From assembly GCA_934096705.1 (NCBI GenBank), contig CAKOMR010000004.1, forward strand, positions 11,245 through 75,244: a DNA stretch of 64,000 nt, written 5' to 3'. The DNA comes from an uncultured Bacilli bacterium (GTDB lineage: Bacteria > Bacillota_I > Bacilli_A > RF39 > UBA660). A model generated the notes under the pieces. The model did not search any database, had not been told where the DNA came from, and worked only from the letters and a program-made list of their open reading frames with translations. Below are positions 37,084-46,935 of the stretch, one piece after another; the first letter of the stretch is position 1, and every line of letters begins with the position of its first letter. The position numbers were made by a program, and so were the translations under genes.

Positions 37084-37953
37084 TTATGAATTAAATTTAT
37101 TTTCATTCTCTTTGAAAAAATTATAGTAAGTTTTAACAGATGAAAGTTTTTCCCAAGGCACTGGAGTAAAGTCTTTAGTATCTAAATCATAAATAACTGC
37201 ATCGGTTAAACTAAGTAAAAACGGACTATGCGTAGATATTATAAACTGGCAATTATAAAACCTCACAGACTCTTCGATAAACTTTTTTAGTTTTAAAATA
37301 TTTTCTGCAGATAAACTATTTTCTGGTTCATCCAAAATATATATACCATCTTCTTTAATTTTGCTTTCCCAAAACATAAGTGAAGATTGACCATTAGATT
37401 GCATAGTAATATTATTGTTCATTAAATTATCTCGAACAAATCTAGACATACTTTTGTTTTTTGTTTCATAATGCTTTTTAAGTTCTTCATACTCAAAAAT
37501 AGATATATCTTTTGTATTATATTTATTATCTAAATAATATTTTGCAAGTCCTTCTTTTTCACGATTAACATGCATATTAATGCTTCTTAAATCAAGCAAA
37601 TAGTCAAATATATCATCGCTTGTTATAGTAACAATTTCAAAAGGCTCATTTGGCATTTCATATTTAATTCCTTTTACATAGCAGTCGAAAAGCGCATCTT
37701 TATTACTTAAACTACTTCTTTGAGAATTCAATTTTTTTGAAATCATATTTAACAAAGTCGATTTCCCACAACCGTTATTTCCACAGAAAATAGTTATATC
37801 TCCAAATTTAATATTAAGATTTTTCATATAAGTAAATAATTTAAAGGGATAATAACTATTATATATTCTTCTTTCATCAACATAGCCAAACTCTTCATCT
37901 TCATTTAATAATTTAAAACTTTCTAAATATTTCATATAAAAAATATATACCAC
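37084..37953 (-). CDS. Stand-alone ABC/AAA_21-like ATPase of unknown role
   Basis: Walker A GNNGCGKST, signature-like SNGQSS, Walker B IYILDEPENSLS, H-loop STHSP. No transmembrane or partner gene adjacent. The start is uncertain (37953 or 37935). Confidence 0.6.
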   Translation of the reverse strand: MVYIFYMKYLESFKLLNEDEEFGYVDERRIYNSYYPFKLFTYMKNLNIKFGDITIFCGNNGCGKSTLLNMISKKLNSQRSSLSNKDALFDCYVKGIKYEMPNEPFEIVTITSDDIFDYLLDLRSINMHVNREKEGLAKYYLDNKYNTKDISIFEYEELKKHYETKNKSMSRFVRDNLMNNNITMQSNGQSSLMFWESKIKEDGIYILDEPENSLSAENILKLKKFIEESVRFYNCQFIISTHSPFLLSLTDAVIYDLDTKDFTPVPWEKLSSVKTYYNFFKENENKFNS

Positions 37954-38033
37954 ATAAATATCTTTGTCAATATATTTTTCATACGTTTGTTTGTAAATAT
38001 AAAAATTTAAAAAATGTGACTTTAAATCACATT

Positions 38034-39335
38034 TTAATCGTTCTTATTTTTAAATTCTAATATGATTGGTGTCCCATCAAGCTCAAAAGTTTTACGAATT
38101 TGATTTTCTAAATATCTTGAATAAGAAAAATGTACTAGTTTTTTATTGTTTACTTCGAAAGTAAATCTTGGTGGCTTAACTGATGTTTGACTTGTAAAAT
38201 ATATTTTAAGCCTTTTTCCTTTATAAGAAGGTGGATTATGCATTTGCACACTTTCCATAATACAATCATTGAGTAAACTTGTAGCAATAAGTCTTCCGTG
38301 ATTTTCATTTGCTTTTATAATCTCGGGCATTAAAGTAGAAAGTCTTTTTGAAGTCTTCGCAGATACAAATACTACCTTTGCATAAGATAAAAATTTAAAT
38401 TCATTTTCCATTAAAAGGTGCCATTTTTTAAGTTCTTCCTCAGGATTTTCTACTGTATCCCATTTATTGACACATATTACAATAGCTTTACCAGCATCAG
38501 TTATATATGAAGCAATGTGCTTATCATGTTCAATAATACCTTCTTTTGCATCAATAACAAGAACACATACATCACTTCTGTCAATTGCCTTTAAAGATCT
38601 AATATAAGAATATTTTTCTACTTGTTCATAAATTCTGCCTTTTTTTCTCATACCTGCAGTATCAATAACCACATACTCTTCACCATTATATTTAAATGTA
38701 CTATCAACTGCATCACGAGTAGTTCCTGCTACATCAGAAACAATTAATCTTTCCTCTTTTAAAAGGGCATTAACAAGGCTACTTTTTCCAACATTAGGTC
38801 TTCCTACAAAACAAAATTTTACTCTTTCATCAGTTTTTTCTTTTCCCATAGATATATTTTTTTCGAAATATTCATTAAGCTTATCAAAACCAATGTTATG
38901 TTCCGCAGAAACCGCAATAATATCCTCAAAACCTAATTCATAAAAATTATATAAATTATTTTGTCTTTCTTTATTATCAGTTTTATTTACTAAAACTAAA
39001 ACTTTTTTATTCGCTTTATGAAGCATGCTTGCAATCATTCTATCTTCTTTAGAAATTTCCATCGTAGCATCCACTACAAATAAAACAATATCTGCTTCAT
39101 CAATAGCAAGTGTGCCTTGCATTAAAATTTCTTTATTAAAGTCTCCATTTTCTAAAGTAAGACCACCAGTATCAATTAAATGAAATGATTTTTCCTTTAA
39201 ATTAACAATTCCATAAATGCGATCTCTTGTTACTCCAGGAGTATCCATAATAATTGCTTTTTTTTCTTTAATTAAACGATTAAAAATCGTACTTTTTCCA
39301 ACATTTGGTTTTCCTATCAAACATACAGTTTGCAT
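38034..39335 (-). CDS. der: Ribosome-assembly GTPase Der (EngA)
   Basis: Two G domains (GKPNVGKST, GRPNVGKSS) plus a KH-like C-terminus. Start at the ATG at 39335, preceded by AAGGAAGGGGGA. Confidence 0.95.
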   Translation of the reverse strand: MQTVCLIGKPNVGKSTIFNRLIKEKKAIIMDTPGVTRDRIYGIVNLKEKSFHLIDTGGLTLENGDFNKEILMQGTLAIDEADIVLFVVDATMEISKEDRMIASMLHKANKKVLVLVNKTDNKERQNNLYNFYELGFEDIIAVSAEHNIGFDKLNEYFEKNISMGKEKTDERVKFCFVGRPNVGKSSLVNALLKEERLIVSDVAGTTRDAVDSTFKYNGEEYVVIDTAGMRKKGRIYEQVEKYSYIRSLKAIDRSDVCVLVIDAKEGIIEHDKHIASYITDAGKAIVICVNKWDTVENPEEELKKWHLLMENEFKFLSYAKVVFVSAKTSKRLSTLMPEIIKANENHGRLIATSLLNDCIMESVQMHNPPSYKGKRLKIYFTSQTSVKPPRFTFEVNNKKLVHFSYSRYLENQIRKTFELDGTPIILEFKNKND

Positions 39336-39351
39336 GAAAAATCCCCCTTCC

Positions 39352-39879
39352 TTAATCACAATAGTAATTTAAATCACTATACACAGAATATGAATTATCC
39401 TCTGCAAGTAGATTTTTAGTATTATCTTCTTTAACAATACATGTGTATACACGATTATTTTCTCTATAAATTTTTAATTTTAAACTATTTATAATTTTGT
39501 AATCAACATTATTAGTAATAACCATAGTACATAGTCCAGATTCCATAGTACCACCCTCACCACTACATGCAACAGTAGTATAGTCATATTTAGTAGGTTC
39601 AACTTTTTCATCTGAATTTAAATAATTATTTTTTATTAAAAATCCTACAGTTTTTTGAGTATATTGATGCCCGTTTGCGTCAGTAAGAGTAAGCATTTCT
39701 TTATTATCTTCTCCCCACTTAGAACCCGCAGAAATAACTTCAGCAAGTTTATTTTTAAACATATTTTCGTTCATTTTTCTTTTTACTCCAGTTATACTTA
39801 CTGTACCAATCAAGCTTACTACCGCTAAAATAACAATTACTGCTAGTAATTCAGTTAAAGTAAATCCTTTTTTATTCAT
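39352..39879 (-). CDS. Type IV pilin / pseudopilin with a canonical prepilin leader
   Basis: MNKKGFTLTELLAVIVILAVVSLIG is a class III signal (G|FTLxE). AAGGAG RBS before the ATG at 39879. Four Cys in the globular part. Confidence 0.8.
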   Translation of the reverse strand: MNKKGFTLTELLAVIVILAVVSLIGTVSITGVKRKMNENMFKNKLAEVISAGSKWGEDNKEMLTLTDANGHQYTQKTVGFLIKNNYLNSDEKVEPTKYDYTTVACSGEGGTMESGLCTMVITNNVDYKIINSLKLKIYRENNRVYTCIVKEDNTKNLLAEDNSYSVYSDLNYYCD

Positions 39880-39889
39880 GTTTTTCTCC

Positions 39890-40471
39890 TTATAAATAAC
39901 TTTCAATAATTTTTAAAACGTCTTCTCTACCCTTTTTAGTAACTGTAGAAAACGGAATAAATATTTCTTCATCAGAAAGTTTTAATGCATCTTTTATTAA
40001 TTTATCTTGTTTAATTCGATTGTTTTTAGTAATTTTATCGTATTTTGTAGCTACAATAGAAATATTTAAATTATAGTACTTCAAATAATTATACATTAAA
40101 ATATCATCTTCCGTAGGTTTATGGCGATAATCTACGAGTAAAAAAACTCTTTGCAAATTAGTCCTATTTTTAATATAGTCTTCAATCATTAAACCAAATT
40201 TTTTTTGTTTATCTTTAGAAACATTTGCAAATCCATAACCAGGTACATCCACAAGATAAAATTTATCATTTATTAAATAAAAATTTAATGTTTGCGTTTT
40301 GCCAGGTTTCGAAGATGTATGAGCAAAGTTTTTTCTTTCAATTAAAGAATTAATAAAACTACTCTTACCTACATTACTACGACCTACAAGTAAAAACTCT
40401 TTTTTATTATCATCTGGGTACTGAGAAACCCTTACAGCAATCTGTGGCTCTTTAACCGACAAAATATCCAT
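39890..40471 (-). CDS. engB: Ribosome-biogenesis GTPase EngB (YsxC/YihA)
   Basis: GRSNVGKSSFINSL G1 motif, DVPGYGF, 193 aa. Confidence 0.9.
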   Translation of the reverse strand: MDILSVKEPQIAVRVSQYPDDNKKEFLLVGRSNVGKSSFINSLIERKNFAHTSSKPGKTQTLNFYLINDKFYLVDVPGYGFANVSKDKQKKFGLMIEDYIKNRTNLQRVFLLVDYRHKPTEDDILMYNYLKYYNLNISIVATKYDKITKNNRIKQDKLIKDALKLSDEEIFIPFSTVTKKGREDVLKIIESYL

Positions 40472-40559
40472 AAAAAATCACCTAAATAAATTATAACAAA
40501 AAAACAAAGTAAATTGCAATAAAATAGAAAAAAATATGAAATCAATCATATTTTTAAGT

Positions 40560-41867
40560 TTAAAATGGCATTTTCATATTTCCATTTTGCATCATTTTCA
40601 TCATTTTTTTCATTTGTTCAAATTGATTAATTAATCTATTTACATCCTCAACTTTCATACCACATCCTTTTGCTATTCTTACCTTTCTTGAGGCTTTTAA
40701 AACTTCAGGATGACGTCTTTCATATGGAGTCATAGATAAAATAATTGCTTCAACATGAGCCATATCCTTTGGGTTAATATTTACATCATTTAAACCCATC
40801 TTTCTTGCACCAGGAATAAGTTTTAACAAGTTTTCAAGAGGTCCAAGTTTTTTGATTTGATTCATAGTTTTTAAAAAGTCATCAAAGTCGTATTTACCAC
40901 GCATCATTTTCTTTGCTTGGTTTTTAGCTTCATCTTCATCCATTAAACCTTCAACTTTTTCCGCAATAGATAAAATATCTCCCATATCAAGAATTCTATT
41001 TGCCATTCTTTCCGGATCAAATGATGAAAGGCCATCCATTTTTTCGGAGTCACCAATAAATTTAATTGGTACATTTGTTAAATGTTTTACGCATAATGCC
41101 ACTCCACCTTTTGATGTACTATCCATTTTAGTTAAAATGCATCCAGTTAAATGAAGGCTATCATTAAAACCATTTATCACGTTTATTGCATCTTGTCCCA
41201 TCATAGAATCAATTACTAAAATCTTTTCATCAATAGGAAAAGTATCTTCAGCCTCTTTTAACTCATTCATTAATTTTTCATCAACTTGAAGTCTTCCTGC
41301 TGTATCAATAATTATATAATCATTTTTATTTTCTTTAGCATAGTTAAGTGCATCAGTAATAATTTCAATAACTGAAGCGTTTTCCTTTTTAAATACTGGA
41401 ATATTTATTTCTTTTCCAATTTGTTCAAGCTGAGTAATTGCAGCAGGTCTATAAATATCACAAGCTACAAGTAGAGGCTTTTTATTAAATTTTTTACGTA
41501 AAAAATTCGCAAGTTTTCCAGAAGTTGTCGTTTTACCACTACCTTGAAGTCCTACTAGCATTAAAATCGTAGGATTTTTAGAAGTTTCTAAAGGTGTTGA
41601 ATTATCTCCTAAAAGACTTACTAATTCATCTTTAATAAGTTTTATAAAAACTTCTTCAGGCTTTAAACTTTTGCTTACCTGCATACCTAAAGCTTTTTCT
41701 TTAACATTATTGGTAAACTCTTTAACTATTTGATAATTTACATCAGCCTCTAAAAGAGCCATTCTTATCTCTCTTATAGCGCCCTCAATATTATCTTCAG
41801 TAATTTTACCCATGCCTTTAATATTTTTTATAGCACTAGATAATCTATCTCCTAAGTATTCAAACAT
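40560..41867 (-). CDS. ffh: Signal recognition particle protein Ffh
   Basis: GLQGSGKTTT, DTAGRL, and a Met-rich M domain (QFEQMKKMMKMMQNGNMKMPF). Confidence 0.95.
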   Translation of the reverse strand: MFEYLGDRLSSAIKNIKGMGKITEDNIEGAIREIRMALLEADVNYQIVKEFTNNVKEKALGMQVSKSLKPEEVFIKLIKDELVSLLGDNSTPLETSKNPTILMLVGLQGSGKTTTSGKLANFLRKKFNKKPLLVACDIYRPAAITQLEQIGKEINIPVFKKENASVIEIITDALNYAKENKNDYIIIDTAGRLQVDEKLMNELKEAEDTFPIDEKILVIDSMMGQDAINVINGFNDSLHLTGCILTKMDSTSKGGVALCVKHLTNVPIKFIGDSEKMDGLSSFDPERMANRILDMGDILSIAEKVEGLMDEDEAKNQAKKMMRGKYDFDDFLKTMNQIKKLGPLENLLKLIPGARKMGLNDVNINPKDMAHVEAIILSMTPYERRHPEVLKASRKVRIAKGCGMKVEDVNRLINQFEQMKKMMKMMQNGNMKMPF

Positions 41868-41902
41868 TTTCTATCACTCATTTCTATGAATTATTCTATC
41901 AT

Positions 41903-41930
41903 AAAAAAAGATGCAATGCATCATTTTTTT
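41903..41930. terminator. Small bidirectional hairpin after the interrupted surface-protein gene
   Basis: gatgca-a-tgcatc flanked by A7 and T7. Confidence 0.5.
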
Positions 41931-42924
41931 AATTTTCTTTCTTTTTAAGTAAGGTACTTGCTCCTAAAATATTTACAAGTAGTAATAGACCATAAACGCT
42001 ACCATTTGAAGAAGTATGTGGTGGAGTTATAATAGGCTCTTCAGTAGTACCTTGCCCTTTAGTGTATTGATAAATGTAAGTTACCTCAATAATTTCATTT
42101 GCTTTGAATGTACCATTTTCGTCGCCAATAACTTTAACTAATGTATAGCCATCAATTTCTTCAGCATTTGTTATGTAAGAAGTATTTGCATAACCACTTA
42201 ATGTTTTATCACTAAGTAAAGTGTTTCCTTCTTCATCAACAAAATGAATGATAACGTTTCCTTTTAGGTTATGAGCAGCTTTTATAGCTAAAGAGGTTTC
42301 ATAACTACCACTTTCAACTTCTTCGATAAATAATAAGTCATTATCATGGGCATTCCAACGTTCATTTTCGCTGTCTACATACCAACCATTAATTAAATCT
42401 TCACAATCATTTAATTCTTGAGTATTTTTTCTAATAGTAGTAGATAATTTTAGATATTTATTATTAACTACATTTGCTAAATCAATTATACCAATGCTAT
42501 AAATATCATCTCCAGCAATTTCTACATTATTATTGTAAATTTGCGCATTTGGAGAAATAGTTATTTTACCATTATTATTAATACCACCGTCAACTTTTAA
42601 TTTATTAGCGTTATTTTCAGTGATTATTCCAGTGTTTAAAGTTAAATCACCAGTACTTTTTACATATATTCCTGAACCATTATTATTTGAAATTACTAAA
42701 TCAGTGTCTTCTTCAACTAGAGCTTTGCCACCAATAAATAATGCTCTAGGGTTTGTCCATTAACTTGAAATAGAACAATCATTATCTTTAGCACTTTTTA
42801 CAGCTTCATCTAAAGACGTAAAAAGAGTATCATTTATTTTTGCCACATAATTTTCTGCATTAACACTGGAAATCATGCAAAATGAAAAAATGCAAGCAAA
42901 AATAAAACTAATTATTTTCTTCAT
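41929..42924 (-). pseudogene. Cell-surface protein gene (Sec signal, MucBP-like repeat, C-terminal hydrophobic anchor) interrupted by one in-frame TAA
   Basis: Manual translation: MKKIISFIFACIFSFCMISSVNAENYVAKINDTLFTSLDEAVKSAKDNDCSISS*WTNPRALFIGG... The same frame continues for 276 more codons to ...NVIIHFVDEEGNTLL..GYTLVKV...PPHTSSNGSVYGLLLLVNILGASTLLKKKEN. The stop is at 42760-42762. Absent from the ORF track because there is no Met after the stop. Confidence 0.7.
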
Positions 42925-42984
42925 ACCAAAACCATCCTAAAAATAATTAGTTTCTATGTTACCATAATTTACCAAAAAGTTAAT

Positions 42985-43007
42985 ATAAAAAGAGCCTATA
43001 AAGGCTC
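42985..43007 (-). terminator. Intrinsic terminator after spoIVB
   Basis: Stem gagcct/aggctc with an ataa loop, then T5 on the minus strand. It is preceded by a second, longer hairpin at 43019-43050. Confidence 0.65.
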
Positions 43008-43085
43008 ATCTATCTTAAGAAAACACGTAAAACTTCCCTACGGTGTTTTCTAATAATTATATATGTAAAATTTTAAAGATTATAC

Positions 43086-44057
43086 CTACTTTTCTCCTTC
43101 TTCAAGCATTTTTCTAATATATAGTCCATAACCTGTGTAAGGATTATCCACAATAACATGGGTTAAAACTCCTACAATATTACCATTTTGCAATATTGGA
43201 GACCCACTCATTCCTTGAACTACTCCACCAGTAAGTTCTAAAAGTCTATCATCATTTATTTTAAAAGAAATGTTTTTTACTTCACTATTATCGTTTACTG
43301 ATGTTATTTCAATATTAAATGTTTCAATATTTTCATCACTTAAAACAGTTTTAATTTCTGCACTACCAACTTTAGCTTCACCTATATTTGCTAAAGAAAA
43401 ATTTTCCAAAGTATCATTATAATAACCGAATATTCCATATTTAGTATTTTTAAAAATGCTTCCATAGTTTTGATTATAATCAAATTTTGCCATTTTACTT
43501 CCTGGAACTCCTATTTTACTTTTTTCTATTCCAGTGATTTTATTATTAAAAATTTGACCACTTTTAATTTCAACAATTGAGTTTGAAGTACTTTCAATAA
43601 TTTCATGACCTAAAGCACCAAAAATTTTAGTTTCTGGATCGATATAAGAAAGAGTTCCAATACCCATAATTGAACTTTTTACAAAAAGACCAGTTTTAAT
43701 AACACCATCAATATTAATAAGTTTTAATGATGTATTTTTTTCTATTCCATTCCTTATATATGTGATATTTACGCTATCATTTTTAGAATTTTTTTCAATT
43801 GCTTTGGTAAGTTCATCAACACTATTTACCATAGTATCCTCAACTTTAACTATATAATCACCATTTTGCATATTTGGACTTCCTTTATTAAATTTACCAT
43901 TTACTTTATAAAAACCAATTACCATAACTCCTTTAGAATCCACTTTTATCCCTAACGTTTTGCCTCCTATAATAATTTTCTCAGAATAAGCAAATACGCA
44001 TGAAGGAATAATTAGTAAAGAAATTATTAAAAAAATTATTTTTTTCATATTTACCAC
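43086..44057 (-). CDS. spoIVB: SpoIVB signalling serine peptidase (S55) with a PDZ domain
   Basis: Signal anchor, PDZ region (GDYIVKVEDTMVNSVDEL), and catalytic GMSGSPI. Confidence 0.8.
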   Translation of the reverse strand: MVNMKKIIFLIISLLIIPSCVFAYSEKIIIGGKTLGIKVDSKGVMVIGFYKVNGKFNKGSPNMQNGDYIVKVEDTMVNSVDELTKAIEKNSKNDSVNITYIRNGIEKNTSLKLINIDGVIKTGLFVKSSIMGIGTLSYIDPETKIFGALGHEIIESTSNSIVEIKSGQIFNNKITGIEKSKIGVPGSKMAKFDYNQNYGSIFKNTKYGIFGYYNDTLENFSLANIGEAKVGSAEIKTVLSDENIETFNIEITSVNDNSEVKNISFKINDDRLLELTGGVVQGMSGSPILQNGNIVGVLTHVIVDNPYTGYGLYIRKMLEEGEK

Positions 44058-44183
44058 ATTAATATTATGGATTATATTTACTTTTTTATTTTGACACTTT
44101 CTTCCATATTATAATTAATTAGCATTTCATCAAGATAAACTGAATTTGTTCCCTAAGATATGCCTAATTTTAACAATTTCAAA

Positions 44184-44215
44184 CATAAAAAAAGTTCAAT
44201 AATTTTTGAACTTTT
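44184..44215 (-). terminator. Intrinsic terminator after xseB
   Basis: Perfect 10-bp stem aaaagttcaa/ttgaactttt, then T7 on the minus strand. Confidence 0.75.
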
Positions 44216-44435
44216 AATTTGATGCTATATTTAAGTCTTTTAATTCACCACTTTCAGTCAAAACTTTATTAACTGCTTCTGTGGCATTTTTTATTTTATC
44301 AGAGCAAAATTTTGCTAATGACATTGCTTCACTATATTTTTTAATTGCACTATCTAAATCTACGTTACCACTCTCTAATTCTTTAACAATTTTTTCAAGT
44401 TCATTTAATGCTTCTTCAAAAGTCTTATTTTCCAT
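44214..44435 (-). CDS. xseB: Exodeoxyribonuclease VII small subunit
   Basis: FEEALNELEKIVKELESGNVDLDSAIKKYSEA; 73 aa; overlaps the end of xseA. Confidence 0.85.
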   Translation of the reverse strand: MENKTFEEALNELEKIVKELESGNVDLDSAIKKYSEAMSLAKFCSDKIKNATEAVNKVLTESGELKDLNIASN

Positions 44436-45696
44436 TTTTTACCTCCATTACATTTGCTTTAACTTCACCTTTTGCAAAAGTTATATCTATAATGCTTCCT
44501 TTTTTAATCTTTTTACTTGAATTTATTACGTTACCATCAAGTTTTACAATGCTATAGCCCTTATCTAATATTTCCATTGGATTTAAGTGTGATAAGCTAT
44601 TTATTAATAAGCCCAGTGTTTTATCCTTACTTTCAAGTAATAATTTGGGATTTTTTAAAATATAACTTGCCATGGCATTTTCAAAATCATGAGTTTTTTT
44701 ATTAACAATATTTTGCATATTATTTTTTAGTAAATCAATTAAATTATCAAGTTTTTGTTCTTTTATTTCATACATGCTATAAGGATTTTTTAAAATATAA
44801 CTTCTTTTAAATCTTTCCAGCATAATAAATTTTTGATTTACCATATTTTTTATATTTTTATTTAATCTTATTACATAATTATTAATAAGTACTTGTGTAT
44901 CTAGTACAGTGGGTACTGCCATTTCTGCAGCTCCCGTTGGAGTTGGAGCTCTAAGATCTGATACAAAATCCGCTATTGTAAAATCAATTTCATGACCTAC
45001 AGCACTTATTATTGGTGTGTTACATTCATATATAGCTCTTGCAACAATTTCTTCATTAAATGCCCAAAGGTCCTCTATAGATCCACCACCACGGCCCACA
45101 ATTAATGTATCTAGATTAAATGTATCCGCAATTTTAATTTGTTTTACAATATTATCTTTGGCATCAGCACCCTGAACTAAAGTTGGAAAAAGTATTACTT
45201 CACAAATTGGAAACCTTCTTTTAATGGTTGAAATAATATCTTTAACCGCTGCGCCAGTATCTGCTGTAATAACGCCTATTTTCCTAGGATATTTAGGAAT
45301 TGTTTTTTTATGTTCTTTATTAAATAACCCTTCTGCAGCAAGTTTCTTTTTAAGTTTTTCATATTCTACAAAAAGTCTTCCTATACCGTCAAGTTCCATT
45401 TTGTCAACGTATATTTGGTAACTACCTGAAGCTGGGTAAGCAGAAACTCTACCTTCAATTAAAACGGAATCTCCATCTTTTGGAACAAATGTAAGGCTCA
45501 TTGCATTACCAGCAAACATTACAGCATTAATACGTGAATTGTCATCTTTTAAAGTAAAGTATAAATGTCCTCTTGAATGATTTTTAAAATTTGATACTTC
45601 ACCTTTTATATAAACTTTACTTAAGAAAAAGTCTTTATCAAGTAAATTTTTTATATAGTTATTTACTTGACTTATGTCTAAATATTCGTGATTCAT
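44425..45696 (-). CDS. xseA: Exodeoxyribonuclease VII large subunit
   Basis: OB-fold GEVSNFKNHSRGHLYFTLKD and catalytic region GRGGGSIEDLWAFN. Confidence 0.9.
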   Translation of the reverse strand: MNHEYLDISQVNNYIKNLLDKDFFLSKVYIKGEVSNFKNHSRGHLYFTLKDDNSRINAVMFAGNAMSLTFVPKDGDSVLIEGRVSAYPASGSYQIYVDKMELDGIGRLFVEYEKLKKKLAAEGLFNKEHKKTIPKYPRKIGVITADTGAAVKDIISTIKRRFPICEVILFPTLVQGADAKDNIVKQIKIADTFNLDTLIVGRGGGSIEDLWAFNEEIVARAIYECNTPIISAVGHEIDFTIADFVSDLRAPTPTGAAEMAVPTVLDTQVLINNYVIRLNKNIKNMVNQKFIMLERFKRSYILKNPYSMYEIKEQKLDNLIDLLKNNMQNIVNKKTHDFENAMASYILKNPKLLLESKDKTLGLLINSLSHLNPMEILDKGYSIVKLDGNVINSSKKIKKGSIIDITFAKGEVKANVMEVKNGK

Positions 45697-46094
45697 TATT
45701 TTTCCTTAGCTATTTTATCTAAAACAGCATTAATAATTTTTCTTACAGCATCATCACTATATTTTTTAGAAAGTTCAATGGCTTCATTTATAACAACAAC
45801 ATCTGGAGTTTCAGTATATAAAAGTTCATAAATTGCCATACGTAATATTGCACATCCAGTTTTATCAAGTCTATCTATAGTCCAGTTAACCATATATTTA
45901 TTAGCAAGTTTATCTATTTCATCTTTATAAGTTATTACTCCATAAACAACTTGTTTAACAAATTCATTATCACATTCTAAATTAGAGCTTATCACTTTAT
46001 CAATATCTACTTCCATTTTTTGACTCTTTGCAATATCAAGTTGATATAATATAACCATTATCTTTTCCCTAAGTACACTTCTTTTTAATTCCAT
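45696..46094 (-). CDS. nusB: Transcription antitermination factor NusB
   Basis: RLDKTGCAILRMAIYELLY..P..VVINEAIELSKKY; 132 aa. Confidence 0.85.
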   Translation of the reverse strand: MELKRSVLREKIMVILYQLDIAKSQKMEVDIDKVISSNLECDNEFVKQVVYGVITYKDEIDKLANKYMVNWTIDRLDKTGCAILRMAIYELLYTETPDVVVINEAIELSKKYSDDAVRKIINAVLDKIAKEK

Positions 46095-46153
46095 AATAAA
46101 CTCCTTTTTTGATTTCTAAATAATAATACCACAAGTTAAAAAAAAAACAAATA

Positions 46154-46534
46154 CTATAAATCGTACTTGGCATTTTTTTTACTTTCCAAACCAATATAAT
46201 TTTTTTTAAGCATATCAAGTTTTTGTCTTAACTCAGATATTTTTATATTATTATATGTTCTTTCTTCAGTAAGTTCAGCAGTTCTAAAATAGTCTAAGAC
46301 TTCATTATTAAGTATAAAATCTATTCCATCATTTTCATTTTCAAGTTCGTCAATATGAAAAAGTAAATCATTAATTTCTGCTTCTAAAGAAAGCATTTGT
46401 CCTTCAAGTTCATCAATATCAGTTTCTTTTTCATAATCTTTATCATATGCAATAGCATACTCTTTATCATCTAATATCATAATATTATCTGGTTCACTAA
46501 ATTCATTTGCTTTTTGTAATTTACTATCTTTCAT
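46154..46534 (-). CDS. Hypothetical acidic coiled-coil protein
   Basis: ORF only; Glu/Asp-rich heptad-like sequence. I recognise no motif. Confidence 0.4.
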   Translation of the reverse strand: MKDSKLQKANEFSEPDNIMILDDKEYAIAYDKDYEKETDIDELEGQMLSLEAEINDLLFHIDELENENDGIDFILNNEVLDYFRTAELTEERTYNNIKISELRQKLDMLKKNYIGLESKKNAKYDL

Positions 46535-46935
46535 TATCTTCCCTTTGCCTTTTCTTTATTTACTTCTAATTGAGCAATTTTTTCTTGTAAAATTTTATCA
46601 TACATCAATAAATCATCAATAAATTTTTCATAAAAGACTTTTTTTAAATATTTTTTGTATTTGTATTCTAAAGTGCTACGTAATTTAGTTAATTCATCTA
46701 AACAAAGCATATAGCCTTCTTGTTCATCATCATCATTTATGGAAACAAGCATTTTCATAAAATTTTTATATTCTTTTAAATACAGTTTTACCAAAATATC
46801 ATTTAATTTATTTTTATCATAAATTATAAAAGATTTAACTTTAGAATTTCTCGGACTAAAAAGGTAATAATCATTATTACTAAAACCCATTATCTTTTTA
46901 TCTTTATTGCATAACTTTAAAATATAACTACTCAT
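46534..46935 (-). CDS. Hypothetical protein
   Basis: ORF tightly coupled to trmD upstream and the 46154 ORF downstream. I recognise no motif. Confidence 0.4.
   Translation of the reverse strand: MSSYILKLCNKDKKIMGFSNNDYYLFSPRNSKVKSFIIYDKNKLNDILVKLYLKEYKNFMKMLVSINDDDEQEGYMLCLDELTKLRSTLEYKYKKYLKKVFYEKFIDDLLMYDKILQEKIAQLEVNKEKAKGR

Noticed and set aside
42760-42762. In-frame TAA as evidence of stop-codon reassignment
   Set aside because: Many genes in the window terminate at TAA at sensible positions (for example dnaJ, rpmA, ddl and PF-A), and this is the only internal case. A nonsense mutation or sequencing error is far more likely.
43019-43050. Long bulged hairpin right after spoIVB as a regulatory RNA element
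   Set aside because: It is followed 12 nt further downstream on the minus strand by a canonical terminator (42985-43007), so a tandem terminator or stabiliser explains it. There is no conserved riboswitch-like motif that I recognise.
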